Assembly: GCA_963846105.1 (NCBI GenBank)
Contig: CAWJUT010000001.1
Coordinates: 32,292 to 96,291, forward strand
Direction: 5' to 3'
Origin: an uncultured delta proteobacterium
Lineage (GTDB): Bacteria > Desulfobacterota > Binatia > UTPRO1
Length of the DNA: 64,000 nucleotides
A program made the translations under genes and the position numbers. Of the stretch, positions 32,453 to 41,404 are shown piece after piece. The notes under the pieces were generated by a model, which did no database searches, was not told the origin of the DNA, and saw nothing but the letters and a program-made list of their open reading frames with translations. Positions within the stretch are counted from its first letter, which is position 1. Each line of letters opens with the position of its first letter.

Positions 32453-32891
32453 ATGCGCGTGGTCGTGCAGCGAGTCGCCGAAGCGCAGGTAGTCGTGGAC
32501 GGCGAGGTGATCGGAGCCATCGGACGTGGCCTGCTGTTGCTCGTCGGCTTCGGGCGCGGCGACGGCGAACCGGAGGCGAGCTGGATGGCTGCGAAGGTGG
32601 CGGGCCTGCGTATCTTCGCGTGACACCGAAGGTCTGATGAACGCCGCGCTTGCCGACGTCGGCGGCGCCGTCCTGGCGGTACCGCAATTCACGCTGCTCG
32701 GCGATTGCCGCAAGGGCAAGCGTCCGTCCTTCGATGCGGCGTTGCCGCCGGACGACGCGCGCCCGCTCTTCGATCGCTTCGTCGCGCTACTCTCGGCCCG
32801 GGTCGGACCGGTCGCCACCGGCCGCTTCGGCGCCACGATGCACGTTCGCCTGGTGAACGACGGACCCGTCACGCTCATCCTCGAACGTTGA
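32453..32891 (+). CDS. dtd: D-aminoacyl-tRNA deacylase (frameshift ~32615)
   Basis: [39 protein letters not shown]. Confidence 0.95.
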
Positions 32892-32948
32892 GCGGCGTGC
32901 GATGGCGAGGGGCTGGGCGGCGCCCCGCCCGGCCCCTCGCCTCCTCGG

Positions 32949-33251
32949 CTATTCCTTCGCCGGCGCCGCGCCGACGGTGATGTCCGGACGCAGAGCCTCG
33001 AGCGTCTTTTCGCCGATCCCCTTCACTTTCTTCAGATCGTCGACGCTCTTGAAGGGATCGACGGCCCGGTACTCGACGATCGCCTTCGCCTTCGACTCAC
33101 CGATGCCAGGCAAGCTCGCCAGCTCGGCGACCGAGGCGGAGTTGATGTCGACACGCTGCCCGCTCTCCGTGCCGTACCCGGGGTGCGGCCCGGCGACGGT
33201 GAATACCACCATCGCCGCGAGAACGGTGACCATCTGACGGATGAATTGCAT
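32949..33251 (-). CDS. comEA: ComEA-type helix-hairpin-helix DNA-binding protein
   Basis: Signal peptide; VDINSAS..EL.SLPGIG..KAKAIVEYR, LKKVKGIG. Confidence 0.85.
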   Translation of the reverse strand: MQFIRQMVTVLAAMVVFTVAGPHPGYGTESGQRVDINSASVAELASLPGIGESKAKAIVEYRAVDPFKSVDDLKKVKGIGEKTLEALRPDITVGAAPAKE

Positions 33252-33298
33252 ACGGGTTCCTTTCCGCGCGCGCGGAAGCCCCGGGGGTTGCACGATGA

Positions 33299-34486
33299 TC
33301 ATCGCCGACCGCCGGCGCCATCGCCGATGGCCGGCGCCGGCTCGGTCGCGACGATGGCGGTACTCGGCCGACGGGCGACGGCTTCTGCGATGCCGAGTCG
33401 GCTGCACCAGTAACGAAACTTACGCAGCGCGAGATTGCGACGGCCCTCGGTGAGGACTTGACCGGGCATGCCCTGCTCGCCCGGCGACAAGTGAAAGCCG
33501 AGCAAGATGCCCGCGGCCGTCTTGTTGCCGGCCGCCGTCTCGTAGGCCTGCATCAACACGCGCCGCTGAATGCTCGCCGTTATGGCGTGAAATCCGCCGC
33601 TCCGCACCGGCGCGCCGAGACTCGGAGCCTCGGCACATTCCTCGACAGCGTGCGCGAGCGGCGCCGGCGCATCGTCAGAACCGACGCGTGATCGCGCCGA
33701 CGCCGGGGCGCGAGCGAACCCACGCACGACGCTCTCGACGGTCTCGGCGCTGAGCGTGCCCGGTTCGAGACGCAGCGCGATCCGGAGCGCCGTGTGGAGC
33801 TGACGCACGTTGCCGGGCCAATCGTACTCGGCGAGCCGGTCGAGAGCGCTCGGCTCGATGCGCACACTCGAACGGGCGCCCATGAGATGCACGTACTGGC
33901 GGACGAGAATCGCCACGTCCTCGGGTCGATCACGGAGGGGAGGAATCACGAGAACGCCATCCCGGATGAGCCGGTAGTAGAGATCGTGCCGGAACCGCCC
34001 CTCGGCGGCGAGTACCGCCAGATCCTCGTGCGCCGCGGCGATCATGGCGACGTCGACGAGGACGCTCGCGGTCCCGCCGACGCGCCGAAAGCTCTTGCCT
34101 TCGATGGTGCGGAGGATCTTCGCTTGATGATCGCGGCGCATGGCGGCGATCTCGTCGAAGAAGATCGTTCCGCCATGCGCACGCTCGAGCGCACCGCGCT
34201 TGTCGATCGCACCCGGGAACGCGCCGCGCACGGTTCCGAACAGTTCGCTCTCGAGGTGGTCTTCCGGCACCGCCGGACAATCGAAGATCTCGTGCGGCCC
34301 GCCGCCGCGTGGCGACGCGCGCCGTAGCGTCTCGGCCACGACTTCCTTCCCGACACCCGACTCACCCTGCACGAGCACGGCGCGAAATCCGTCGGCCGCG
34401 AGGGCACGGATCTCGGCGCGCAGGCGCGTGATCGCCGGCGAGATGCCGAGCAGCTCGCTTCCGACCGCCGCGCTGCGCTCGTTCAT
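33299..34486 (-). CDS. Enhancer-binding-protein-like AAA+ with HTH, no N-terminal sensor, GAFPGA loop
   Basis: GESGVGKE, ESELFG..RGAFPGA, FFDEI, FRHDLYYRL, WPGNVRQL, NKTAAG.LLG. Confidence 0.88.
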   Translation of the reverse strand: MNERSAAVGSELLGISPAITRLRAEIRALAADGFRAVLVQGESGVGKEVVAETLRRASPRGGGPHEIFDCPAVPEDHLESELFGTVRGAFPGAIDKRGALERAHGGTIFFDEIAAMRRDHQAKILRTIEGKSFRRVGGTASVLVDVAMIAAAHEDLAVLAAEGRFRHDLYYRLIRDGVLVIPPLRDRPEDVAILVRQYVHLMGARSSVRIEPSALDRLAEYDWPGNVRQLHTALRIALRLEPGTLSAETVESVVRGFARAPASARSRVGSDDAPAPLAHAVEECAEAPSLGAPVRSGGFHAITASIQRRVLMQAYETAAGNKTAAGILLGFHLSPGEQGMPGQVLTEGRRNLALRKFRYWCSRLGIAEAVARRPSTAIVATEPAPAIGDGAGGRR

Positions 34487-34572
34487 ATCGCCGTCGCCGA
34501 CCGCCCCCGCCAGTGCCCCGATCACGCGCGCAGTCTTGCGACCGCACTCGCGTCCAGTCAATCGGCACCGTG

Positions 34573-34591
34573 CATTCTCGTGCAGAGAATG
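34573..34591. promoter_or_regulatory. Perfect 7-5-7 palindrome CATTCTC-GTGCA-GAGAATG between divergent genes
   Basis: AT-richer inverted repeat in the 250-bp divergent intergenic region. Confidence 0.4.
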
Positions 34592-34733
34592 ATGGTCGCG
34601 TCATACGGAAACGATCGACAGCCCCGACCGATGTCGAACGCGACCAGCGCGCCTGCTCGCGAGCGGTGGCATCCGGCGCGTCAAACGTGTACCCGTATCG
34701 ATCGCGCACCTCCCGGTGCGCCACGGAGGCGCG

Positions 34734-34973
34734 ATGGCAAGCGACATAGAGCGCGATCTCGAGAATCAGCTCCGCATGACGCACGACCGCTTCGTAGCGG
34801 CCATGAACGCTCGCCTGCCGGCGATGGCCGTCGAGCACAAGGAGCGCTACTTCGCCGTGCTTTCGACGCTGGTCGGCAAGCTCGAGAGCGCCGACAAGCC
34901 GCTGCGCGAGATCCTGCAGGAGATGATGACCGAAGCGGCGCCCCACATCTTCCAGGAGCTCGGGAGCCGCTAG
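34734..34973 (+). CDS. Small helical hypothetical protein (79 aa)
   Basis: GGAGG RBS before ATG; amphipathic helical sequence MASDIERDLENQLRMTHDRF... Confidence 0.75.
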   Translation: MASDIERDLENQLRMTHDRFVAAMNARLPAMAVEHKERYFAVLSTLVGKLESADKPLREILQEMMTEAAPHIFQELGSR

Positions 34974-34986
34974 CCGACCGCTGCGC

Positions 34987-35663
34987 TCAGAAGATCGCGC
35001 GCAGGCGTGCGAGCGTCAGGCCCGCGAGCGTCGGCACCACCAGATCGGCATCCGCGAGCGCGCTCGAGGGGTAGCTGTTGGTAACGGCGAGGCAGCGCAT
35101 GCCGGCGCGCGCGCGGCCTCGATTCCGGCGCGCGAGTCCTCCACCACCAGACAGCTCGCAGGTGCGAGCGTTCCGACGCCGCGCTCGAGGGCCGCACGGG
35201 CGATGAGGAAACCCTCCGGGTCCGGCTTGCCGGCGCGCACGTCCTCCGCGGCGACGACGGTGGCGAAGGCCTCCCGGATCGCGGCGCGCGCGAGCACGAT
35301 CTCGACCTCCGCGCGCAAGGCCCCGGACGCCACCGCCAGCGGGATCCCCGCGAGCGTACGGACCAACTCGACGACGCCGTCGTAGATCCGGACCTCGGCC
35401 TCCAGGATGCCGCGGAGGCAGCGTGCCTTCTCGGCGATCAGCTCCGCCACCTCCTCGGGTGCAACCGTCCGCCCGTGCGCGCCCAGCACCGCGGCGAAGA
35501 CGCCGCGGTCGTCGAAGCCGAGGTAGCGCGCCGCGTACTCCCCGCCGCTGAGCGTGATGCCACGGAGTCCCAGCACCTGGTTGAACGCGCGTAGATGCAG
35601 CGGCTCGGTGTCGGCGATCACCCCGTCACAGTCGAAGATGACCGCACGCGGGCCGGCGTTCAC
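34987..35663 (-). CDS. HAD-family phosphatase, beta-PGM-like (frameshift ~35110)
   Basis: FDCDGVIADTE, VASG, GKPDPEG, VEDS..GI.AA. Confidence 0.9.
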
Positions 35664-35679
35664 CCGCCGACCCCGATGC

Positions 35680-36819
35680 TCACACCGCACCCCCGGCATG
35701 CAGCGCGGCGATCGCGGCATCATCGTACCCGAGCTCGCGCAAGACCTCGTCGGTGTGCTGCCCGAAGCCGGCGCCGGGGCGGCGCGTCGCCGGAGGGGTG
35801 TCGCTGAGCTTGATCGGCGACCCGAGCGCTCGCACCGGCCCGAACTGTGGATGCTGCTCCTCGACGATCATGCCGCGCGCGCGCAGTTGCGGATCGTCGA
35901 GCGCCTCGCCGACCTCGTTCACCGGGCCGAAACAGATGTCGACGGGCTCGAGCTCGCGTACCCATTCGTCGCGGGTCTTGCGCTGGAACGCCTCACGGAA
36001 GAACCGGAGGACGCGCAGGCGGTCCTCGCCGTCGGCGAACTGCAACGGGATGAGATCGGGTCGCTCGAAGTGGGTGCAGAGGTTGCGCCAGAAATGTTCC
36101 TCGAGAGCGCCGACGCTGACGTACTTGCCGTCGCGGGTCTCGTAGACGGCGTAGCACGCATAGCGACCCGTGAGACGCGTGTCGCCGCGGCTCGTGCCCT
36201 GCCCGATCAGATGCATGAGGATGTGGAAGACGTTCCACGTGAGACTGCCGTCGAGCATCGCGATGTCGACGAACTGTCCGCGCCCGGTGTGCCCGCGGGC
36301 GAGCAGCGCGGCGAGGATGCCGATCACGGCCATCAGCGTCCCGCCACCGATATCGGCAATCTGCACCCCCGGGATCGCCGGCGGTCCGCCGGCCGTACCG
36401 GTGACGCCGAGCACGCCCGCGTACCCGAGGTAGTTGATGTCGTGGCCGACCTTGTCGCGGTACGGCCCCGTCTGTCCGTACCCGGAGATCGAGCAATAGA
36501 TGAGTCGCGGGTTCTGTGCCGCGAGCCGCGGGTAGTCGATGCCGAGCTTGGTCGTAACGCCGGGGCGGAAACCTTCCAGGACCACGTCGGCCCCCGCCGC
36601 GAGCTTGGCGAACACCGCCCGCCCCTCCTCGTGCTTCAGATTGAGGGTCATGTGGCGCTTGTTGCGTGCCAGCATCGGGATTCCGATCCCCATGGGATCG
36701 TTCGGGGCCGCGATGGTGAGCACGTCGGCGCCGAGATCGCCGAGCATCATGGCGCAATACGGACCCGGAAGCTGGCGTGAGAGATCGAGGATGCGAACGT
36801 CGTCGAGTGCGCTCGCCAC
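35680..36819 (-). CDS. CaiB/BaiF family III CoA-transferase
   Basis: PGPYCAMMLGDLGADV, EGFRPGV..KLGIDY, SISGYGQTGP, GHDINY. Confidence 0.93.
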   Translation of the reverse strand: MASALDDVRILDLSRQLPGPYCAMMLGDLGADVLTIAAPNDPMGIGIPMLARNKRHMTLNLKHEEGRAVFAKLAAGADVVLEGFRPGVTTKLGIDYPRLAAQNPRLIYCSISGYGQTGPYRDKVGHDINYLGYAGVLGVTGTAGGPPAIPGVQIADIGGGTLMAVIGILAALLARGHTGRGQFVDIAMLDGSLTWNVFHILMHLIGQGTSRGDTRLTGRYACYAVYETRDGKYVSVGALEEHFWRNLCTHFERPDLIPLQFADGEDRLRVLRFFREAFQRKTRDEWVRELEPVDICFGPVNEVGEALDDPQLRARGMIVEEQHPQFGPVRALGSPIKLSDTPPATRRPGAGFGQHTDEVLRELGYDDAAIAALHAGGAV

Positions 36820-36823
36820 CTGG

Positions 36824-38056
36824 TCAGCCTCCTTGTGCGTTGCCGGACTTCCTGGCGGACGCGGTCCGCCCTCGCGCCGCGCGCGTCGCGAAGCGCTCGA
36901 TCGCGAAGGGTGCGAGGTCATACGACGTCCGGCCGCCGAGGACCAGCTCGGCGAGCGCACGTGCGGTCGCAGGCGCGAGCAGGATGCCGTTCCGGTAGTG
37001 TCCGGTCGCGTAGTAGAGCCCGGCGATCTCCGGATCGCCGCCCAGGATCGGCAAGCCGTCGGCGCTGCCCGGCCGCAGTCCGGCCCAGGTGTCGGCAAGC
37101 GTCGCCGCGCCGAGGATCGGCGCCAGGTGGAGCGTGCGGGCGAGGATGCCACCCATCGCTTCCGCCGTCACGCGCTTGTCGAAGCCCACGTCTTCGTAGG
37201 TGCTGCCGGCGAGCAACCGTCCGTCACGCCGCGGCACGAGGTAGACCCCGCGCGAATAGATCGCGTGACGAAACGGCGGCCGCGCCATGAGAAGCATCGC
37301 CATCTGGCCGCGCACCGGTTTGACCGGGAGGTGACCTGGGCGCGGCGCCAGCTCATCCGACCATGCACCCGCGGCGTTCACGACCGCGCCTGCCGCTATC
37401 GAACCCCCCGCGGCCTCGACGCCGAGCGCGCGCCCGCGCTCGTGGAGCACGCGCCGCACAGAGATACCGGTGCGCAGCTCGACGCCGAGACGGGCTGCCG
37501 CGACCGCATACGCGCGCGTCAGGCGCACGTTGTCGACGCGGTGATCCTCGGGAAAGAGAAACCCGGCTCGCGCGTCCTCGGCGAGCCCCGGTTCGAGGCT
37601 GCGGACCTGGTGGGCATCCAGCCGCTCGACGGGAAAGCCGGCACGCCCCTGCCAATCGGCGCGGGCGCCGAGCAGCCGCTCGTCGTCGGCGTCGAGCGCG
37701 ACGTAGAGGACACCTTCGCGCTCGTACTCGGGATCGATGCCGGTCTCGTCGCACAGTCCGCGCGCGACGTCGCCGTAGAGTGCGAGGCTGGCGACGCCGA
37801 GAGTCAAGAGCGGCCCCGGCGCTTCGCACTCGGCACGCGGGCCGAGCATCCCCGCCGCCGCTGCCGAGGCCTCGCTGCCGGGCCGACCGCGCTCGAGCAG
37901 CGTGACGCGCGCGCCGCCGTGCGCGAGCTCACGCGCCAGCGCGCATCCAATGATGCCGGCGCCGACGATGGCAACGTCGGGCGAGGTCTGCGCGGAGCGT
38001 TTCCTTCGGGTGAGTGATGGTGTGGGCACCGACCGGACGGCGCGTACGCGCCGCAT
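36824..38056 (-). CDS. thiO: Glycine oxidase
   Basis: VGAGIIG, ASAAAAGMLGP, PVRGQM, YLVPR.DG, WAGLRP, GHYRNGILLAP. Confidence 0.88.
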   Translation of the reverse strand: MRRVRAVRSVPTPSLTRRKRSAQTSPDVAIVGAGIIGCALARELAHGGARVTLLERGRPGSEASAAAAGMLGPRAECEAPGPLLTLGVASLALYGDVARGLCDETGIDPEYEREGVLYVALDADDERLLGARADWQGRAGFPVERLDAHQVRSLEPGLAEDARAGFLFPEDHRVDNVRLTRAYAVAAARLGVELRTGISVRRVLHERGRALGVEAAGGSIAAGAVVNAAGAWSDELAPRPGHLPVKPVRGQMAMLLMARPPFRHAIYSRGVYLVPRRDGRLLAGSTYEDVGFDKRVTAEAMGGILARTLHLAPILGAATLADTWAGLRPGSADGLPILGGDPEIAGLYYATGHYRNGILLAPATARALAELVLGGRTSYDLAPFAIERFATRAARGRTASARKSGNAQGG

Positions 38057-38130
38057 GTCTCTCTTACGCGACGTGCTCCCGGCGCTCAAGCGCGCGCGCG
38101 ACGACACCGGGTCGACGGTTGCGTCTCCGT

Positions 38131-39156
38131 ATGGCACAAAGAAGCGTGGATGTGCGCACGGCCAGCGCGGGCAGCTATCCCCGCATCGGTGAAGAGCCCG
38201 GGGCGCAGCGCTTGCGGCGTGCCTACGCGCAACTCGAGAGCGGCGCGATCGCCGAGAGCCATTTCCGCGCCGTCGAGGACGACGTCGCGACGCAGGTGTT
38301 GGCGGAACAGGCCGAGGCGGGCATCGACGTGGTCACCGACGGTCTGGTGCGCTGGTATGATCCGATCTCGCACACCGCCCGCCGTCTCGCCGGCGTCACC
38401 ATCAACGGACTGCTGCGGTACTTCGACAACAACTGCTACTTCCGCCAGCCGGTGGTGCGCGATCACATCGCCAAGACCAGCGCGATCGTCTGCGCCGAGT
38501 ACCGCTTCGCGGCGCGCCATTCGACCCGCCCCGTCAAAGCGGTGCTGACGGGACCCTACACCCTCGCGCGGCTCTCGCTGGTCGAGACCTCGGTGTATCG
38601 CGACCTCGAGGCCCTGACGCTCGCCTACACCGACGTGCTGGCCGCCGAGGTTGCCGATCTGGCGAAGGAGCGCGCGCCGCACATCCAGATCGACGAGCCG
38701 GCCATCCTGCGCGCACCCGAGCACCTCCCGTTGCTCGCCCGCGCCCTGCGTGTGATGGCGGCGGTGCGCGGCGCCAGCGAGCTCACGCTCGCGACGTACT
38801 TCGGCGATGCCACGTCGCTGTTCGACGGCTTGCAGGAGCTGCCCGTCGACGTGCTCGCCCTCGACCTCACCGCCAGCCCTCATCTCGTTCGGCGTCTCAC
38901 GCAAACCGGCGCCCGGCGCCGCCTCGCGCTCGGGGTGCTCGACGGCCGGAGCACGCGACTCGAGGACGTCGACACGCTCGCGCCCCTCATCGCGCGCATT
39001 CTCGCCGCCGCGCGTGACGGTCCCACCTACCTCACCACCTCGTGCGGACTGGAGTTCCTGCCGCGCGCGCATGCGCGCCGCAAGCTCGTGCGTCTCGCCG
39101 AGCTGTGCCGCGCCGTTGCCGGAACGGTCGCCGTGAAGACGGGGCGCGTGGCGTGA
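38131..39156 (+). CDS. Cobalamin-independent methionine synthase, N-terminal (folate-binding) half of a split MetE
   Basis: GSYPRIG, DG.VRWYD, RYFDNN.YFRQP, LTGPYTL, QIDEP, SCGLEFLP; lacks the HxC Zn motif. Confidence 0.82.
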   Translation: MAQRSVDVRTASAGSYPRIGEEPGAQRLRRAYAQLESGAIAESHFRAVEDDVATQVLAEQAEAGIDVVTDGLVRWYDPISHTARRLAGVTINGLLRYFDNNCYFRQPVVRDHIAKTSAIVCAEYRFAARHSTRPVKAVLTGPYTLARLSLVETSVYRDLEALTLAYTDVLAAEVADLAKERAPHIQIDEPAILRAPEHLPLLARALRVMAAVRGASELTLATYFGDATSLFDGLQELPVDVLALDLTASPHLVRRLTQTGARRRLALGVLDGRSTRLEDVDTLAPLIARILAAARDGPTYLTTSCGLEFLPRAHARRKLVRLAELCRAVAGTVAVKTGRVA

Positions 39157-40190
39157 GTCGCACGGCGCTCGAGCGGCTCGGCATCCCTCTGCCGCCGCTT
39201 CCGACCACGACGTGCGGAAGCCTCCCCAAACCCGAAGCGCTGGTCGAGGCACGCGCGCGCCACGGACGCGGGCAGCTCGACCGGACGGCGCTCGACGACG
39301 AGGCGCGACGCGCCATCGAGTTCTGGATTCGCACCCAGGAGCGCATCGGCCTCGACGTGCTGGTCGACGGAGAGATGTACCGAGGTGACATGGTCACCTA
39401 CTTCGCCGAGTCGATGGAGGGATTCGCGCCCGGCGGCTTGGTGCGCTCCTACGGCAACCGCTACTACCGCAAGCCGATCATCACCGGCGCGGTGCGCTGG
39501 CCGGGCCCGATCACGGTACCGTGGTGGGAGTTTGCCCAGTCGCTCACCGACCGGCCCGTCAAAGGGATGGTGACCGGCCCCTACACGATGATGGATTGGT
39601 CCTTCAGCGAGCACTACCTCGATCGGCGCAACGCGTGCCTCGCGCTCGCGCAGGAGATGCGTCACGAGGTCGAAGCGCTGGTTGCGGCTGGAGCGCGCAT
39701 CATCCAGATCGACGAGCCCGCACTCTCCGTCCGTCCCGACGAGCTCACGTTCGCGATCGAAGCGTTGGCGATCGTGACGCGCGATCTCCCCGCGTACTTC
39801 ATCACCCACACGTGCTATGGGGCTTTCGAGGCGATCTACCCCGGCATCCTCGGCTTGCCCGTCGAGAATCTCGACCTTGCGATCTCGCATTCCAGCCTCG
39901 ATCTGCTCGCGCTGTTCGCCCGCGACCCCTCCACCAAAGACATGTCGGTCGGTGTCATCGACGTGCACACGCACGAGATCGAGCCGCCGGCCGAGGTCTC
40001 GGCACGGATCCGCCGCGCCACCCGTCTGTTCGCACCCGCCACCATCTGGGTGAGCCCGGACTGCGGTCTCAAGACCCGGACGGTGGAGGAGGCGGAGGCG
40101 AAGCTGACGGAGATGATGGAGGCAACGCGCGGCGTGCGTGGGGAGCTCGCGAACGCCGAGTCCGCGTCCGCACCCCAGGGATACCGTTGA
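39153..40190 (+). CDS. Cobalamin-independent methionine synthase, catalytic (Zn) half of a split MetE
   Basis: GSLPKP, DGEMYR.DMVTYF, RSYGNRYYRKP, KGMVTGPYT, QIDEP, HTCYG, PDCGLKTR; GTGA overlap with the N-half. Confidence 0.88.
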   Translation: MSRTALERLGIPLPPLPTTTCGSLPKPEALVEARARHGRGQLDRTALDDEARRAIEFWIRTQERIGLDVLVDGEMYRGDMVTYFAESMEGFAPGGLVRSYGNRYYRKPIITGAVRWPGPITVPWWEFAQSLTDRPVKGMVTGPYTMMDWSFSEHYLDRRNACLALAQEMRHEVEALVAAGARIIQIDEPALSVRPDELTFAIEALAIVTRDLPAYFITHTCYGAFEAIYPGILGLPVENLDLAISHSSLDLLALFARDPSTKDMSVGVIDVHTHEIEPPAEVSARIRRATRLFAPATIWVSPDCGLKTRTVEEAEAKLTEMMEATRGVRGELANAESASAPQGYR

Positions 40191-40879
40191 GCGGTCCGCG
40201 CATCCTGGTGCTTCAGCACCATCCGCTCGAGCACCCTGGTGTGATCAGCGACGCGCTCAGCCAGGCAGGCGGACGCCTCGACGTCGCCAAGCTGTTCGAG
40301 GGAGCCCCTTGTCCACGCACGATGGCGGGGTACGACGGGCTCCTCGTCATGGGGGGCCCGATGGGCGCCAACGATCACCTGACGCATCCCGATCTCGTGC
40401 CCTGGCTTGCCGGCGAGCGCGCCCTCATCGAACGGGCGATCACCGCCGACCTGCCGACCCTCGGCATTTGTCTGGGCTCGCAGCTGATCGCGGCGGTCGC
40501 CGGCGCCGAGGTCTCGCGCGGCCCGGTCCCGGAAATCGGCTGGCATCGGATTGCCCCGACCCAGGCGGCCGTCAGTGACGCGCTGTTCACCGATACCGCT
40601 CCCTTCGCTGCGCTGGAATGGCACAACGATGTCTTCCCACTGCCATCAGGAGCGGTCGCGCTGGCGTCGAGCGCCAACTACCCGGTCCAGGGGTTTCGGC
40701 TCGGACGGCGAGTCTACGGCTTGCTGTTCCACCTCGAGATCGATCCGCGCATGGTGGAAGGTTGGCGTGAAGCGTTCGCCGCCGGCGGCCCGCTTCCGCC
40801 CGGAGACATCGCTCCAGACTTCGCGGGCGCCAACCAGCGCGCCGTCAGACTGTCGCGCCGGATCTTCCTCGGCTCGTAG
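40187..40879 (+). CDS. Type-1 glutamine amidotransferase domain protein
   Basis: VMGGPMG, LGICLGSQL, EIGW, WHND, LFHLE. Confidence 0.9.
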   Translation: MSGPRILVLQHHPLEHPGVISDALSQAGGRLDVAKLFEGAPCPRTMAGYDGLLVMGGPMGANDHLTHPDLVPWLAGERALIERAITADLPTLGICLGSQLIAAVAGAEVSRGPVPEIGWHRIAPTQAAVSDALFTDTAPFAALEWHNDVFPLPSGAVALASSANYPVQGFRLGRRVYGLLFHLEIDPRMVEGWREAFAAGGPLPPGDIAPDFAGANQRAVRLSRRIFLGS

Positions 40880-41120
40880 CAACGTCCCGATGCCGCTCGC
40901 GATCTGGCGCAGCCGTGTCAGCACCGAGGAGCAGCGACAGCTCGAGAGCCACCCGCTCCTGCGGCTCGCCCAGGCACGTGACCTTGTGGGTCTGCAGCTC
41001 GGCCACGAGCGCCGCGGGAAGCCGCGGCGCGGCGTGCCGCCAGCCCCACCGGTAGGCGATGCACGCCAGCGGCAGGGTCGCGAGCGCCACCACGACCGCG
41101 ACGATGGCGTCGCCCGTCAC
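40845..41120 (-). CDS. Small single-TM protein B (91 aa), paralog of 41117-41404
   Basis: GTG start overlapping the upstream TGA; VTGDAIVAVVVALATLPLACIAYRWGW...HKVTCLGEPQERVALEL. Confidence 0.6.
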   Translation of the reverse strand: MTGDAIVAVVVALATLPLACIAYRWGWRHAAPRLPAALVAELQTHKVTCLGEPQERVALELSLLLGADTAAPDRERHRDVATSRGRSGATV

Positions 41121-41404
41121 GGCGTTGCACGCACCGCACCGGAACGAAGCCGGCGACGGTCGAGCGGCGTGCGCATGGTCAGAATCTCCTGCCAGGCCCA
41201 TGCCGGAATGTGGAGCCAGGCCTCGATTTCCTCCTGCACCCGACCGCGCTCGTGGCCGAGACAGCGCACGCGGTGGTCGACGAGCTGAAAGATCGGACGC
41301 CATGGAACCGTCGTTCTTTTGCCGGTGCGCCGGCCGGCTGCGTACGCAGCCAGCACGACGACCGGTGGAACGAGGGCGACGATGCAACTGGTGGCGGAGA
41401 GCAT
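41117..41404 (-). CDS. Small single-TM protein A (95 aa)
   Basis: MLSATSCIVALVPPVVVLAAYAAGRR...HRVRCLGHERGRVQEEI; shares a motif with protein B. Confidence 0.55.
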   Translation of the reverse strand: MLSATSCIVALVPPVVVLAAYAAGRRTGKRTTVPWRPIFQLVDHRVRCLGHERGRVQEEIEAWLHIPAWAWQEILTMRTPLDRRRLRSGAVRATP

